This document shows positions 28,070 through 41,355 of a stretch of 64,000 nucleotides of DNA, in pieces. A program made the position numbers and the translations under genes. The DNA comes from Antedon mediterranea (lineage: Eukaryota > Animalia > Echinodermata): assembly GCF_964355755.1 (NCBI RefSeq), contig NC_092677.1, forward strand, positions 2,130,101-2,194,100, written 5' to 3'. Position 1 is the stretch's first letter, and each line of letters opens with the position of its first letter. A model generated the notes under the pieces. The model made no database searches, was not told where the DNA came from, and saw only the letters and a list, made by a program, of their open reading frames with translations.

Positions 28070-30905
28070 ATGAGTACTTCAGTATCTATTCTTGGTAAGT
28101 ATTCTCTGTAAGCTGGATTTTTTTCCATTTGAAAGTCTAAAAACCCGACGGAAAGAAGTCTTATTATAGTAGCCTAGCTAGGCTAGGCCGTCCTCCGACG
28201 GAAAATAGCCAACGGGAATAATCCGTTTTCCCGCTGAATGGTGATTGCTGAGTTTGCTTGGTGTATTTGAACACGGAGGTACAAAATTCATATTAAAGCT
28301 CCATGATTGGAACATACTTATATTTTACTTGGATAGAGTAGTAGGTAATATTAATAATTGTAATTTTAAATTCTATTGACGCAATTCCCTTTTTGTCACT
28401 TGTGACTGTGTTTTAATTTAAGATTATCCACCACAATTGAAGTATTTCTAATTTCACATTACATTATTATGTTTTTAGGGGCATCTGTTTTAGCTTTATT
28501 ATTAGCTGGTTACCTGGGCCAGCAATACCTACCGCCACCAAAGCCTAGGATAGTTGGCATCGACCTTGGAACGACCTTCTCGTGTATTGGAGTGTACCAT
28601 GCTGTTACAGGTGATGTAGAGGTAAGTTGGATTTCAAATTTTAATGAAATCATTTTTGGAACTTCATCTCATAAAGCATGAGAGTTCATGGTATATTGTT
28701 ATTTTCTTCAGGTAATATTAGATTCTGCTCAACACAAGACAATACCAAGTATGGTAGCCTTCACTGGGGTCACTGAGCTTGTGGGCTATGCAGCCCTAGC
28801 CCAAGCGGAACATAATCCGGCCAACACAATCTATGATGCTAAACGATTTATTGGTAAGAAGTTCTCACCAGAAGAATTTATAAAAGAAGCAGAGAGATAT
28901 AATTTTAAGGTGAGAAATTGACGATGACATTGTCACTGTGCTTAACCACAGTATCACATTTAACCATGGTACCACGCTCAACCATGCTACCACGCTCAAC
29001 CATGCTACCACGTTCAACCATGCTGCCACGTTCAACCATGGTGCCACGTTCAACCATGGTACCACGCTCAACCATGGTACCACGCTCAACCATGCTACCA
29101 CGTTCAACCATGCTACCACGTTCAACCATGGTACCACGCTCAACCATGCTACCGCGTTCAACCATGGTGCCACACTCAACCATGGTGCCACACTCAACCA
29201 TGCTATCATGCTTAACTATGGTATCACATTTAACCATGGTACTACGCTCAACCATGGTGCCACGCTTAACCATGTATCAACTATGGTATCATGCTTAACT
29301 ATGGTATCATGCTTAAAATGATTTTTTTTAATTCATTTTAGTTGAAAGAAGATAATGGATTAATTCGATTCATAGTTGGTTCAAGTAAGAATGCGACTGA
29401 AGTCAGTCCTGAGTACATCGGCTCTAGAATTTTGACAGAATTGCGCAAAACTGCTGAAGCGAATCTTACAAGTAGCGTCACGAAAGCTGTGATGTCAGTG
29501 CCGGCAGAGTTCAATGAGATGCAGAGAAACTATACTATACAAGCAGCCAAACTTGCAGGTACTAACAGAATATCTCTATTCCTGTTATATAATCATAAAT
29601 TATATACATTTCAGTTCACACACTATAATATATCATAATGTAAATGTTTTGCTGTAGGTATAGAGGTAATGAGACTTATCAATGAGCCAACTGCGGCGGC
29701 TTTAGCTTACGGCCTGCACGGCAAGGAAGGCGTTGAGAATGTGTTAGTGGTGGATCTTGGTGGCGGCACACTTGATGTGTCCTTGTTAAATGTGCAAGGT
29801 GGAATGTTCTTAACAATAGCTATGGCAGGTAGGTAACTGAAGCTGTCACAACACAAATTTGTTTAGTGCTGACGTTCATTACACTCAGTTAACTGATGGT
29901 CACACAGTTAACTGACTAATGTATTCCTCATCCTAATATCTTTCCTATTTTGTACAGTCTATAATACCTACAAAGTATGAGTTCCATGCTCACATTTTTA
30001 CTTACAAATAGAGGGCGCATCCTCACATTATAACTACCGTTACCCCCTTATGATATCCACATCTAACACTTGAACAGTCAACAATTAATAATGTCAATCT
30101 TATACAGCTCTTAAGCGTGGTTCCCACTAGCGACGTAACGCAACGCAAGTGAATTGACCAATCACAAGCGATGGCTTATTCGCTTGTGATTGCTAACTGT
30201 CTATAACTTCGCTTTTCATTGGTTAAAACGCTTGCGTTGCGTTTACGTCCTTGGGTTACGTTCTAGTGGAAACCAAGCTTTAGTGCTCAAAGCTTTTTAA
30301 CCGCTGAATAAAAAAAATCATAGGTAAATAATAACAAATTTAAATAAACTTTCATTTTTAAAGGTAACAACCATCTTGGTGGGCAAGACTTCAACCATCG
30401 CTTGAATCAATATCTACAAGATTTGATAGAACGCAAATTTAAAAAGCCTCTAACAAACTCAGAAGATATACAACGCTTACGACTGCTTGTAGAGGAAGCA
30501 AAGATTAACCTTACTAACAAACAATCTGTCCATGCATCACTCGCTCTACCGTCGATGGGTGAGGGCAGTGTTTACAACATTAACGTCACGCGTTTACAGT
30601 TTGAAAAACTGAACGAGGATTTATTTGCTAAAGTATTAGTGCCGATTAAAAAGGTTTTAGAAACTGGACGATTGACCTTGGAAGAAGTGGACGAAATTGT
30701 ACTGGTCGGTGGGTCAACTCGTATACCAAAGGTTAGATCTCTTATAGCAGAGTTTTTTGGTAAAGAACCAAATGTTTCAGTAGATCCTGAGTTGGCAGTG
30801 ACATATGGTGTAGCTATACAAGCTGGGATTATAGGGGGAATGTGGCCACTACAAGTCAGTGCAATAGAATTGAATACTGCAACTAAAAAGATACAAGTTA
30901 ATTAG
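28070..30905 (+). CDS. HSPA13: Heat shock 70 kDa protein 13 (STCH), about 431 aa
   Basis: Exons 28070..28094, 28479..28621, 28712..28909, 29342..29558, 29658..29828, 30364..30905 (1296 nt). N-terminus [41 protein letters not shown]; [32 protein letters not shown]; C-terminus [11 protein letters not shown] with no substrate-binding domain. Confidence 0.96.
28945..29315. repeat. 18-bp minisatellite filling HSPA13 intron 3 (about 20 copies)
   Basis: Unit aaccatg(g/c)taccacg(c/t)tc. Confidence 0.92.
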
Positions 30906-32936
30906 TCATTATAATTTTATAAATGTAAACACTTATATATATTTAATGTATTGCTTTATGTAAAAGTCAAACTTGATTAAAACACAATATTTATTAGCCA
31001 TTTTACATATACTTAATTGATTGAAAGTAAAACATTTTGAATTTTATTACGGATTTTACATTTGCTAATTTGAAATGAAGATTTTTTTTAATTAGACAGC
31101 AAACATTTACTGCATTCAATTAAAACAGTTTTATAAATGGTATAAATTATTTAATTTGTTAATGACATTTTATTATAAAATATTTGTTCATATTCATGTG
31201 ATAGGGTTTTTGCACAAAGAGACATATTTATGCTATTTATAACTTTAATGATTAAAATTATCGTGAAATAAAATAAATTGCAAAGAAAGTTGTATCTGTT
31301 TGTGTTCGGTTAGCCATAATCTATAATAAATTGTAAGTACAACACAGCTGAAATCTAAGCATCTCTGCAACTAAATAGTAGTAGGCTAATGTAAAACGCG
31401 TATAAAGCTTGTTTCAATTCCCACTAGCGACGCAACCTATGCAACGTAAGAAAATGCCCTTCCAATAATTGTGTTTGCCCCGCCTGCGTGAAATCAAACC
31501 TGCGGTGTTTGTAGCACTGTTGGTTGCGTTTTCGGTTCCCACTTGTGATTACGCAATACAGAACTTTGTGTCAATACGTCTTTGCGTTGCGTTACTTGCG
31601 TCACTAGTGGGAACTACGCTTTAGAAGAACATTTTCAGAACGATTCGCATATTGGTCCTAGTGTGAAAAGCATGTATTCATAGTTTTCTTCTTCTATTTT
31701 GTTTCATATATGTTTGGTTTATCTATTATATCTGCCTTGATGCTAACATATGCTCTTTTTGAAAAAAGAATAAGAAGATCGTCTTTACTCTCAAGGAGAG
31801 ATATCGACAGATCAGACGCATTACAATATAGATTGCAAGATGGTGTGTCTGTCCAGGGAAGAGTTAATCTGTAGATAACAATAGAAAAGTCTCGTTTTGG
31901 GTTGAAACGTTTGCGAAAACTGATATTAATTTATATTTCAAAGGCTTATCGATAAAACTAAACTTTAATCTGTGATAAGAAACATTTGTCGAAAATATAT
32001 ATCACAATTTGTGAAATATTAGGAGACAGTATCTTAGATTTAGACTTTATCTTATCAAAACTAGAAACGCACATTCGAATAAAACGTGGGGAGGGAATTT
32101 TGAAAAGGTGTTTTTTAAAATGTTTAATAGAAGGTTGTTAATTATTGTTATATTGTGTTATATCCCCTATCACGTAATCGAATTGCCCTTTGTAAAAGTT
32201 TTTAAAACTCTCATTACTGAATGCTGTTTTAGTTTTCGTCTTGTACGTTAGTTAACTCCTCGGAATTCGAAAGGCAAGGTAAGAATATTTTTTTTACTAA
32301 GGTACCTGTCGTAATAATTTTACTCACGCTAAAGCATGGTTCACACTTAGGCACGCAAGAACGTAAACGCAATTTGACCAATCACGGCGTGACGAACTGT
32401 CGCTTGTGAATGGTAACTTGCGTTTCGCGCCTACTGTACGTCGTTACGGTTGCTTACGTCTTAGTGTGAACTAAGCTTTAAGATGAGATACGCGATGACA
32501 AAACACACAAAACTAGTGTGAACCAGAGACTAATGGTACTGGTATGAACAAATAGCACTTCTACATGTTCACACACGGTCATTCATTTTGTAGAAAATAC
32601 TGATTAAGAAGTAGAATGAGAACCGGAGATCTGATTTCATTTATTTCATATTTTATTCCACATTTATTTAGTAGTCATCAATTACAGTACATCATAATTA
32701 CAGTACAACTGAAAACAGGGATCCTGCATAAAAAAGCTGTTGCTTCGTTTTTTTGTTACCCCTTTTACATAAGAACAGTATATAGAACTTAAATAAAACA
32801 AAGGTGTTAAGTTAGTTAAATTATGTTGTTATGTTAAATTATGTTGTTAGGCTAGAGTTTTAGGATACATTTTATTTTAATGCTACGTTTGTATATAATT
32901 TTATACTGGTTTATATGATGTATTTTGTTACAGAAG

Positions 32937-34724
32937 ATGTCGCAGACAATATTGGTGTGTCTTTTATTCTGTTTCGTGATTGGTACGACCAGTGGCGTGG
33001 TGTTTAATTGCGGCCCTTGTCCCGAAGTTCCCACCGAAAAGGGATTTGAATATAAAGGTTATGTTGGGTTGTGGTACGAAGTTGCTCGCTATCGCAATGC
33101 ATTTGAGTTCAACACCAAATGTGTGTCCAGTAATCACACCATGTTGGTAAGTATCTTGCACCAGTTTCACACGTGACACTCAAGTGAGTTGATTAATCGC
33201 AAGGAGGATGATCCATGCGTCAAATCATAAAAAAAAAAATAGTGATGGCTAAATAAGTTCTGTCTACAGTATCAAACTAGATTTTGACCACAAAAAATTT
33301 GATGTGCCAAATATGGTAGTGATATGTCATCATCATGGGCACGTCACATTTGATAGTGTAGAGCTTTATACAACTTTAACATATTATTTAATTTTGACAG
33401 GACGATGGTAGCGTAGAAATAGAAATGCAAAGGTTGTATCCAATCGGAGGCTATGTTGACAATATAATGTATGCTATACAAGATCAAACTAACCCTGCCA
33501 TAATCTACAGCAAATTGAAATGGTGTAAGGACACTTTTTGAATAATCGGGGTGTTTTTTAAATTTTTGTTATTTTGGAGTCGGGGGTTATGTTACGTTCA
33601 AAGTAGTCCATCACATAAATCTTGTTTATTACATTTTTTAACTTTAGAATTGTGTTATGAACGTGAGCAAAATCCCCGTATTTTAAAGTTTGGTTCCTTT
33701 GGAGGCACCAAATAGGAAGTGTATTTCAAGGGTCTTTAAGGGCCTTTCACACCTGTTCCGGCACGGTTCCGGTCCGGCGAATCAAACGTCAATGTTTCGT
33801 TTTCACGACGCTCTACGTGGCTATGCGCCAATCGATATGCGCATAGCCGCGTAAAAACGAAACAATCAGACGTTCGATTGGATTTGCCGGCGCCGGACCG
33901 GACCCTTTAGGGTCTTTCACACCTGTTCCGGCACGGTTCCGGTCCGGCGAATCGAACATCAATGTTTCGTTTTCACGCGGCTATGCACCAATCGATATGC
34001 GCGTAGCCGCGTAAAATCGAAACATTGACGTTCGATTGGATTTTCCGGCGCCGGACTGGAACCGTGCCGGAACAGGTGTGAAAGACCCTTTACACCTGTT
34101 CCGACACGGTTCCTGTCCGGCGCCGGCAAATCAAATCGAACGTGAATGTTTCGTTTCTACGCAGCTACGCGCACATCATATTGGTGCATGGTCGAATGGA
34201 GCGTCGTGAAAACAAAACATTCACGTTTGATTTTGATTTGCCGGCACCGGACCTAAGACGTGCTGCCGGAATAGGTGTGTGAAAGACCCTTACCACAAGA
34301 TTCGGACAATTCCTCGTATATGATTGCGTTGTGCGTTCTTCTTGCACACTGAGCTGCTTATTGCATATTATCATTATCTATTACAGTGCTACCTGCTCTA
34401 GAGTACAAGTTTGTTGACACTGATTACGATCACTATTCCATCGTCCATTCCTGCACCTCATACTTTTGGGGCACTTTCAATGTCCAGTTGTCCTGGATTT
34501 TTTCGCGGGATGCTACTGTGTCCGAGAGCTTAATGGCCTATCTGATGGACCGAATTGAGAATAAATATAATATAGAACCAAAACACTATATGTACACCGA
34601 GCAGAATGATTGTCCGGCAGACGAGAGGAGAACCAAATATACGAAGAAGTATAAGAAAGGGGACAAGACGAAAACTGATTCCAACGAAATTGATGTTAAT
34701 GTTAACGATATAAATAGCATTTAA
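32937..34724 (+). CDS. Apolipoprotein D-like lipocalin, copy 1 (C-terminal extension)
   Basis: Coding exons 32937..33146, 33401..33524, 34387..34724; non-coding exon ends at 32278. Signal peptide, GPCP, SCR1 YVGLWYEVAR, SCR2 DTDYDHYSIVHSC, SCR3 WIFSR, terminal CP. Confidence 0.9.
33740..34290. mobile_element. Three tandem copies of a ~180-bp palindromic MITE (Harbinger-like) in an intron of lipocalin copy 1
   Basis: gggtctttcacacctgttccggcacgg...ccgtgccggaacaggtgtgaaagaccc, units separated by tta. Confidence 0.8.
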
Positions 34725-35548
34725 TAGTAATAATAATAGCCATAAAGAGGGAATGTAAGGGGACGAAAACTGACCAAACTTTCAACCTCTGCAAATATTC
34801 AGTTTTACTCTTATAAAATGGCGTATACTGTAAATTAATTAAAATAAACATGGAATGAAATAAAAACATTGACATTAATTGTTTTCAATGATGAAACTCA
34901 ATACATAAATTCATTATAATTAAGCTTAGCCTCACCCCTGTGTGAAAACAGCCTATGGTACCAAACCAGTGTATAGCATACAGAGTTAATTGAAGATTTG
35001 TTCATAATTCTATGAAATACTATTTAAAAAAAACATATTTTTAATATTTGAGTTATTTTATTGAAATTTGGAAAAATGTTATTTGGAAAATTGACTAATG
35101 CGATGCAACATTTATTTGTGTGAATTATCTGTTTAAAAAATTGGACTTCATTTGGATAATACATTGCTGAGTATGTGGTCAGAAAGTGAGAAAAAAAATA
35201 GGACAAAAAATAGGTCAAAGGTTAAAAATCATAATATCAATTAGTTAATATTCATCTTCAAAACATATTTTTTTATAAGTAGTAAAAAACAATTTTTCAA
35301 ATTTTATTTTGGAAAAAATGTAATTCTAAAGGTGAGATTACCGTACTGAATGTGGAGGCGAATCGTTAATAATTACAGTATTTTATTTGTTGGTGTAAGA
35401 AATAAGTGCAGGGGAGTTTGTTTTGTCTAACGTCACTTTGAGGAAATAATAAACACAGTATATTATTATAGTCAAATCTATGTCTTTGAATGTCGTTTAT
35501 GTGTGATTTGATTATAATGACCAGGATGATTATGATAGTGATGATGTT

Positions 35549-35945
35549 AAAGCTTGGTTTCCACTGCAAGGCAATCAATGACGTAGACGCAATGACGTAG
35601 ACGCAATGACGTAGACGCAATGACGTAGACGCAATGACGTAGACGCAATGACGTAGACGCAATGACGTAGACGCAATGACGTAGACGCAATGACGTAGAC
35701 GCAATGACGTAAACGCAACGACGTAGACGCAATGACGTAGACGCAATGACGTAGACGCAATGACGTAGACGCAATGACGTAGACGCAATGACGTAGACGC
35801 AATGACGTAAACGCAACGACGTAGACGCAATGAAGACGTAGACGCAGCGCAAGTGAGTTGACGAATCACAAGCGGCATCAGTGTGATTGCATCATGATTG
35901 GCGGCGCACTTACGTTCTTGCGTTGCGTCTAAGTTGTAACCAAGA
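35549..35945. repeat. Family A MITE containing a 14-bp tandem expansion (about 19 copies)
   Basis: (acgtagacgcaatg)n from about 35576 to 35845, inside MITE termini. Confidence 0.9.
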
Positions 35946-36208
35946 AGTCTAATAAGGAACTTGATCAACTTTTATTTTATAATATCCAGAAAAAAGTACA
36001 GAGGTCTCTAGTCGGCGACCAGCCCTAAAGCTTGATTCCCACTAGGACGTAATGCTATGACGTAACGCAAGGACGTAAGCTTGGTTCCCACTAGGACGCA
36101 ACGCAAGGACGTAGACGCAACGCAAGCGAGTTGACCAATCACACGCGACTGTTCGAATAATCCATCGCTTGAGATTGGTCAAATCACTTTGCGTTGCGTT
36201 ACGTCCTG

Positions 36209-36740
36209 GGGCGGATTGCTATAAGCGGTCTATAACCGGTCTCAGCGCTTAGCCGGCTATAATTCGTGACGTAGCAAGTAGTCTTATATTATAGACCATT
36301 GCTATACCGCGGTCTAACCTGTAAACGGTCTTTAAAATTAAAGCCTACTCGAAGGAGTCTTAAAACAGTTTTAAACCTCTCTTTTTGTTGCTTTTACGTA
36401 TTATTTATCGTCAAAGATAACCAATTGAACGAGTTTTAAGTGTTAAATCAAATAATAACGGTGATTTTATTCTTATATAGGCCTAGAATAGATTTTCTCG
36501 CGTATAATGTACGTTGTACTGTTATGATTGTGAATTGAACAAGCGTGACGAACATTACCTTATTTGGTGTTCTACGCGCAAAGTACGCCCTCAATTTGTT
36601 ACTTTACGTGGTCTTATTTAAGACTGTTTTATAGCAATGGTCTAACAGGGGTGGCTTTAGTAAGACCGTCTATCTGATAAAGCCGGCTTTAATCGGGGAG
36701 TTAAGACCATCAGTTAAGACTGTTTTATAGCAATCCACCC
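36209..36740. mobile_element. Non-autonomous PIF/Harbinger-like DNA transposon nested in a family A MITE
   Basis: 16-bp TIR gggcggattgctataa / ttatagcaatccaccc; 3-bp CTG duplication at 36206..36208 and 36741..36743; the host MITE resumes after it. Confidence 0.85.
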
Positions 36741-38503
36741 CTGGAGTTGCGTTCTAGTGGGAACCAAGCTTTAGGCACAACGCAAACGCGTTGATCAACC
36801 ACACGCGTTACGTCTTACGTTTTACCAAACTTATAAGAGACGCACAACCAGCGGGTTGACCAATCACAAGCGACATCAATTACGTTGCGTTACGTGTTGG
36901 AATCAAGTTAGAAGCGATTAAACAGCAAGTCATACCTAATTTATTTTTTTTACCTTTTCATATCATATTTTATTCAAGTTTCAACAATCTAAAATCCCAT
37001 ATTAACAACTTTTCAATAAGTAAAATTCTGTGCAATAACTATATTTAAAGATATATTGTCATCCTAAAAAATAATTGTTTAAATTTTTTTTGTTGAATAT
37101 GCTATTTTAATCTCACATAATAGTTATCCACTAAACAAAATTTATTTACCTGAAACTGTAATTTAAAGCAAAAAAATGGTCAAATTGATTGCTAGCCAAT
37201 GAATTTTTGGTTGAATTTAACCAATTATTATGTTATTTTATAATTGAAAACATTTTTTTTCGCTTTTTTTCTACAGAAGTGATTAACTTGAGTAAAACTA
37301 CAAAAATAACCTATTCAAAGCCCGATTCAAAGTCTGATTTTTCATGTTTTTGGGGGACAATACATCTTTAAAATCTAATAATTATTAATAATAACTAAAT
37401 TTTCATAATTAAAAAAAAATTACATGTAGGCCTAATTTATTTATTTTAGCTGTTAAATATCAAATAAAATCTTTATTACTATTGATAATTTTTTTTTTAA
37501 GTCTGTACTTTCTCTTTTTATTTGTTAGTTGTAGTGGTTTGTCAGATATTTTTTATATTATGTGTTTGTTTTATTTATTTGAGTGTCCATTGATTGTCAG
37601 CATATGCCGTGAACCCTCAAATGTTTAAATAAAAAAATATATATATCGTCATTCAAGGAGAGATATCGACAGATCTGAAACATTATTAACATATGCTCCT
37701 TTGAAAAAAATAAGAAGATCGTCATTACCCCAGGATTCAGGAAAGATCAGTACCATTACAATATGGATTGGAAGATGGTGTGTCTGTCGATAACAATAGA
37801 AAAGTCTCATTTAGGTTCAAACGTTCGCGAAAACCGATAATAATTTATATTTCAAAGGCTTGTCGATAAAATTAAATATGAATCTGTGATAAGAAGAACG
37901 TTTATCGAAAAATATATCACAATACGTGAAATATTAGGAGGCAATATTTTAGATTTAGCCTTAATCTTATCAAAACTAGAAACGTACATTCGAATAAAAT
38001 TTAGGGAGGGAATTTGGAATGTTTTACTTAATGAAGAGGGTTGTAAATTATCGTAATATTGTTCTCCAGTTGTGCTATTTGTGTTGTATACCGGTACAAC
38101 CCTATCATAAAATCGAATTGCCTTTTTTAAAATTGTTACTTTCATCATCACCCGACGTGTTTTTATTCTTCACGTCTTACATGATAGATGCCTACATCCG
38201 AAAGGCAAGGTAACAATTACTCGCACTTAGATTCACGACGTAAGTAACACATAAACACATCAAATAATAATAGGCCTTATAGTGTGAACTAGAAACTTGG
38301 TATTAACCTCTGTCTACACTATCAAACTCTATATGACAAAACAATGCGATGTGCTCATATATGGACATGATTATCATGTCACTACCACATTTAAGCAGTT
38401 CACTACCAAATGTAGGCCTATATCACAATTTTTTGGTCAAACTCGTTTGAAAGTGTAGATAGAGCTTTATGTTGCGTTAAAATGTATTTTACAGCGAATA
38501 AAC

Positions 38504-39829
38504 ATGTCGCAGCGGACAATATTTGTGTGTCTTTTAATCTGTTTCGTGATTGGTACGACGAGTGGTCAAAAGATCTCCTGTGGCGGATGTCCCGTAGTTT
38601 CGACCAAGAAAATGTTTGATTACAAAGAATTTGCTGGGGTATGGTACGAGGCTGCTCGCTTTCCCAGTTTATATGAGTATGCCTCGAAATGTGTAATCAA
38701 CAATCACACAATAATGGTAAGTCGTTTAATATGATAGATACATTGTATAGATAGGCTGCAATGTCTTTTATCTGTGTCCGGTTTGACGCGCGCGTGCCTA
38801 CGCCTATTATTTTCATCAATTTTTAAACGCGCGTATCAAACTATGTACTCTCTCAAATTGTCGATGTTAATCGGTCGAAAATTATTTATAGATAATGTTT
38901 CAGTAGTATACGTCTTGTATACGTCGTTAGATCTATATTGTTTTACTGACGCATTATCGATATTTGTTTTAAAATATTGTATATGTTCATGATTCTTTAT
39001 ATTAGGATGACGGTACCGTAAGAGTAACAAACCAAAGGTACCTTTCATTAAAGAGGCTATGTCGACAAAGTAATATACGTCACACAAGATACAACTGATC
39101 CTGCCATACTCCACAGCAGATTCAGATGGTGTAAGCACACTTTTTGAAATATATACAATTAATTTAGTAGTCAGAACTACATTTTACCATTATGTCCGAT
39201 TGGTTCTACAGACACAACTGAAGGACGCAAGTTATTTGACCAATTACAATTGAGAGTCCGCTTATGATTGGTATTAGTTGCCTTGTTGCGCGTACGCTCA
39301 GCGCTGCTTCCTAGGGAACCAATAATGAATTATGATTTCTCATTACCTAACCCTGGGAAAGAAGATTAAGGGTTTATTAATGTGCGACACAATCCAAAAG
39401 TGAACTTAACGTGCACGTTAAAATAAGTGCGCAGCGCAAGAAATTGCGTATCACCTAATGATCGTGTATCTTTGTCTTATAGGGCAACCTGTCATGTCGT
39501 TTGAGGTCATGGACACCGATTACAACCACTACGCCCTCATACATTCCTGCAACGAATACTTGTGGGGAACTGTTAGTATGCAGTTTAACTGGATTTTTTC
39601 GCGTAAAGATACTGTACCCGAAACCGTAATGAACAACCTGATGTACCGGTTTAACAAGGCTGGTATAGATGTGAGCCAGTTCGAGTATACCGAACAAGAT
39701 GATTGCCCGTCACACGCGGCAAGGACTAAGTACAAAAAGAAGAAGGATAAGAAAGGGGACAAGACTGATTCCAACGAAATCGATACAAATGATAACAATA
39801 TAAGCCATAGCCACGAAGAGGGAATGTAA
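38504..39829 (+). pseudogene. Apolipoprotein D-like lipocalin, copy 2, with a +1 frameshift in the middle coding exon (pseudogene, null allele or sequence error)
   Basis: Exons 38504..38716, 39006..39130 (125 nt versus 124 in paralogs) and 39483..39829. The extra base lies in tacctttcattaaaga (~39039..39054) and gives TGA at 39096..39098. All other motifs and splice sites are intact. Confidence 0.75.
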
Positions 39830-39999
39830 GAGGACGAAAAACTGACCAAATAAATGTTTTACGAGCAGAGTAAAATGACTTATACAGTAAACATGGGTTG
39901 AAAATAATTAGTCACGGTTCATGAAAAATTCCTATTTTGATATGTTTCAACGATACAAAATTAGCATAAATACACAAACTCATTAGGCCTAGCTTAAAA

Positions 40000-40370
40000 T
40001 ATAATCAAATTTAAAATCTTGCTCCTTACTTTTAAAGCACTTCTTTTCAACCAACCTGCTTACATCCGTCAATTAATCACCTTTTATGTTCCTGGACGGA
40101 CTCTTAGATCATCTGATGATTTTTTACTCTCTGTTCTACGCATAGCCACTAAAACCTTTGGTCATAGATCGTTTTCTTTTGCAGCACCCACACTCTGGAA
40201 TTCACTCCCCCCACAAATTAAACACTGCTCTTCTGTTGCCTTATTTAAAAAAATTGCTCACAACTCATTGTTTTCGACCACTAACATGCCCAGCGCCTTT
40301 GATTTTGTACCTCGGTCTTTGAATTGACGCTTTATAAATGTTGATATAATAATAATAATAATAATAATAA
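40000..40370 (+). mobile_element. 3' end of an L2/CR1-clade LINE (ORF2 C-terminus plus (TAA)n tail)
   Basis: KILLLTFKAL..QPAYI...RTLRS...GHRSFSFAAPTLWNSLP...S..LFKK, the typical L2 ORF2 C-terminus; (aat)n at 40347..40370. Confidence 0.88.
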
Positions 40371-41355
40371 CCGTACCGTACGTACTGTTTTGCTGCTGTT
40401 CACTGAAAAATCCTCGCGGACGACAGGTACACAGAAGACAACAGGGAGTTATTCATACAACGGCCAATTTAAATACATCCCGGTACTTTATTAACTACAA
40501 TCTGGCCGGCATTTCTCCCTACATACACTGCAGCTGACATACGTGCATTTTGTTATACTATATTAATCGCACATCACAGTAGTACTATGATGAATCATCA
40601 TCAGTAATAACTTGGTTTCAAATAATAGTGGGGGAGTTTGTAGGGATATAGTCACCTTTTATCTGACGGTCGACTTTGTGGAATTAATAAACACAGTATA
40701 AGTCAAATCTATGTCTTTGAATGTCGTTTATGTGTGAGCATGTATGTCATGGCTAAATTGATTATGACGTATGACCATGATGATTCTGATAGTAATGATG
40801 TTAAAGCTTGGTTTTCACTTGGATGCAACGCAATCAATGACGTAAACGCAACGCAAGTGAGTTGACCAATCATAAGCGACAGTTCGGGATTGATCCCAAT
40901 TATGCATCGCGCTTACGTCATACTTGCGTTGCGCGCATTTGCCAATATTGCATGATGCGAAGACAATTCTAGAGGCTTGTTGGTGGGGCGGGGGGGGGGG
41001 GGGGGTTGGACTAATCGATGAAATAAATACACTACCACCTACGAACTACTTTATCATTCTTTAATAACTTCATTTTAATTACAAAATTACAATTCTAATC
41101 AAAATCTATACCGATTTTAAAATACGATGTATGACTTAATATTTTATGGTATATGGATATTGAGAAAAAAAACACACATTTTGGCAAACATTGTCAAATA
41201 AGGTAATAATCCCAATATTTAAACATACCTGTGTTTCTTGACATTAAGTGTATAAGATACCAGAAACAAATTAGCATTTAATTTATTTATTTCAACGTTT
41301 ATCTTTTGGCGGGCTAAACTTATCGGCGCAAATCATTCCTTTCCTGTGTAGGCGT

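Noticed and set aside
28865-29321. Four repetitive ORFs (NHGTTL, VERGTM), antifreeze- or ice-nucleation-like in appearance
   Set aside because: An 18-bp repeat inside HSPA13 intron 3; open frames follow from the unit being a multiple of 3.
35366-35968. 200-aa ORF with STSLRLRHCVYVIA repeats
   Set aside because: A 14-bp tandem repeat inside a MITE.
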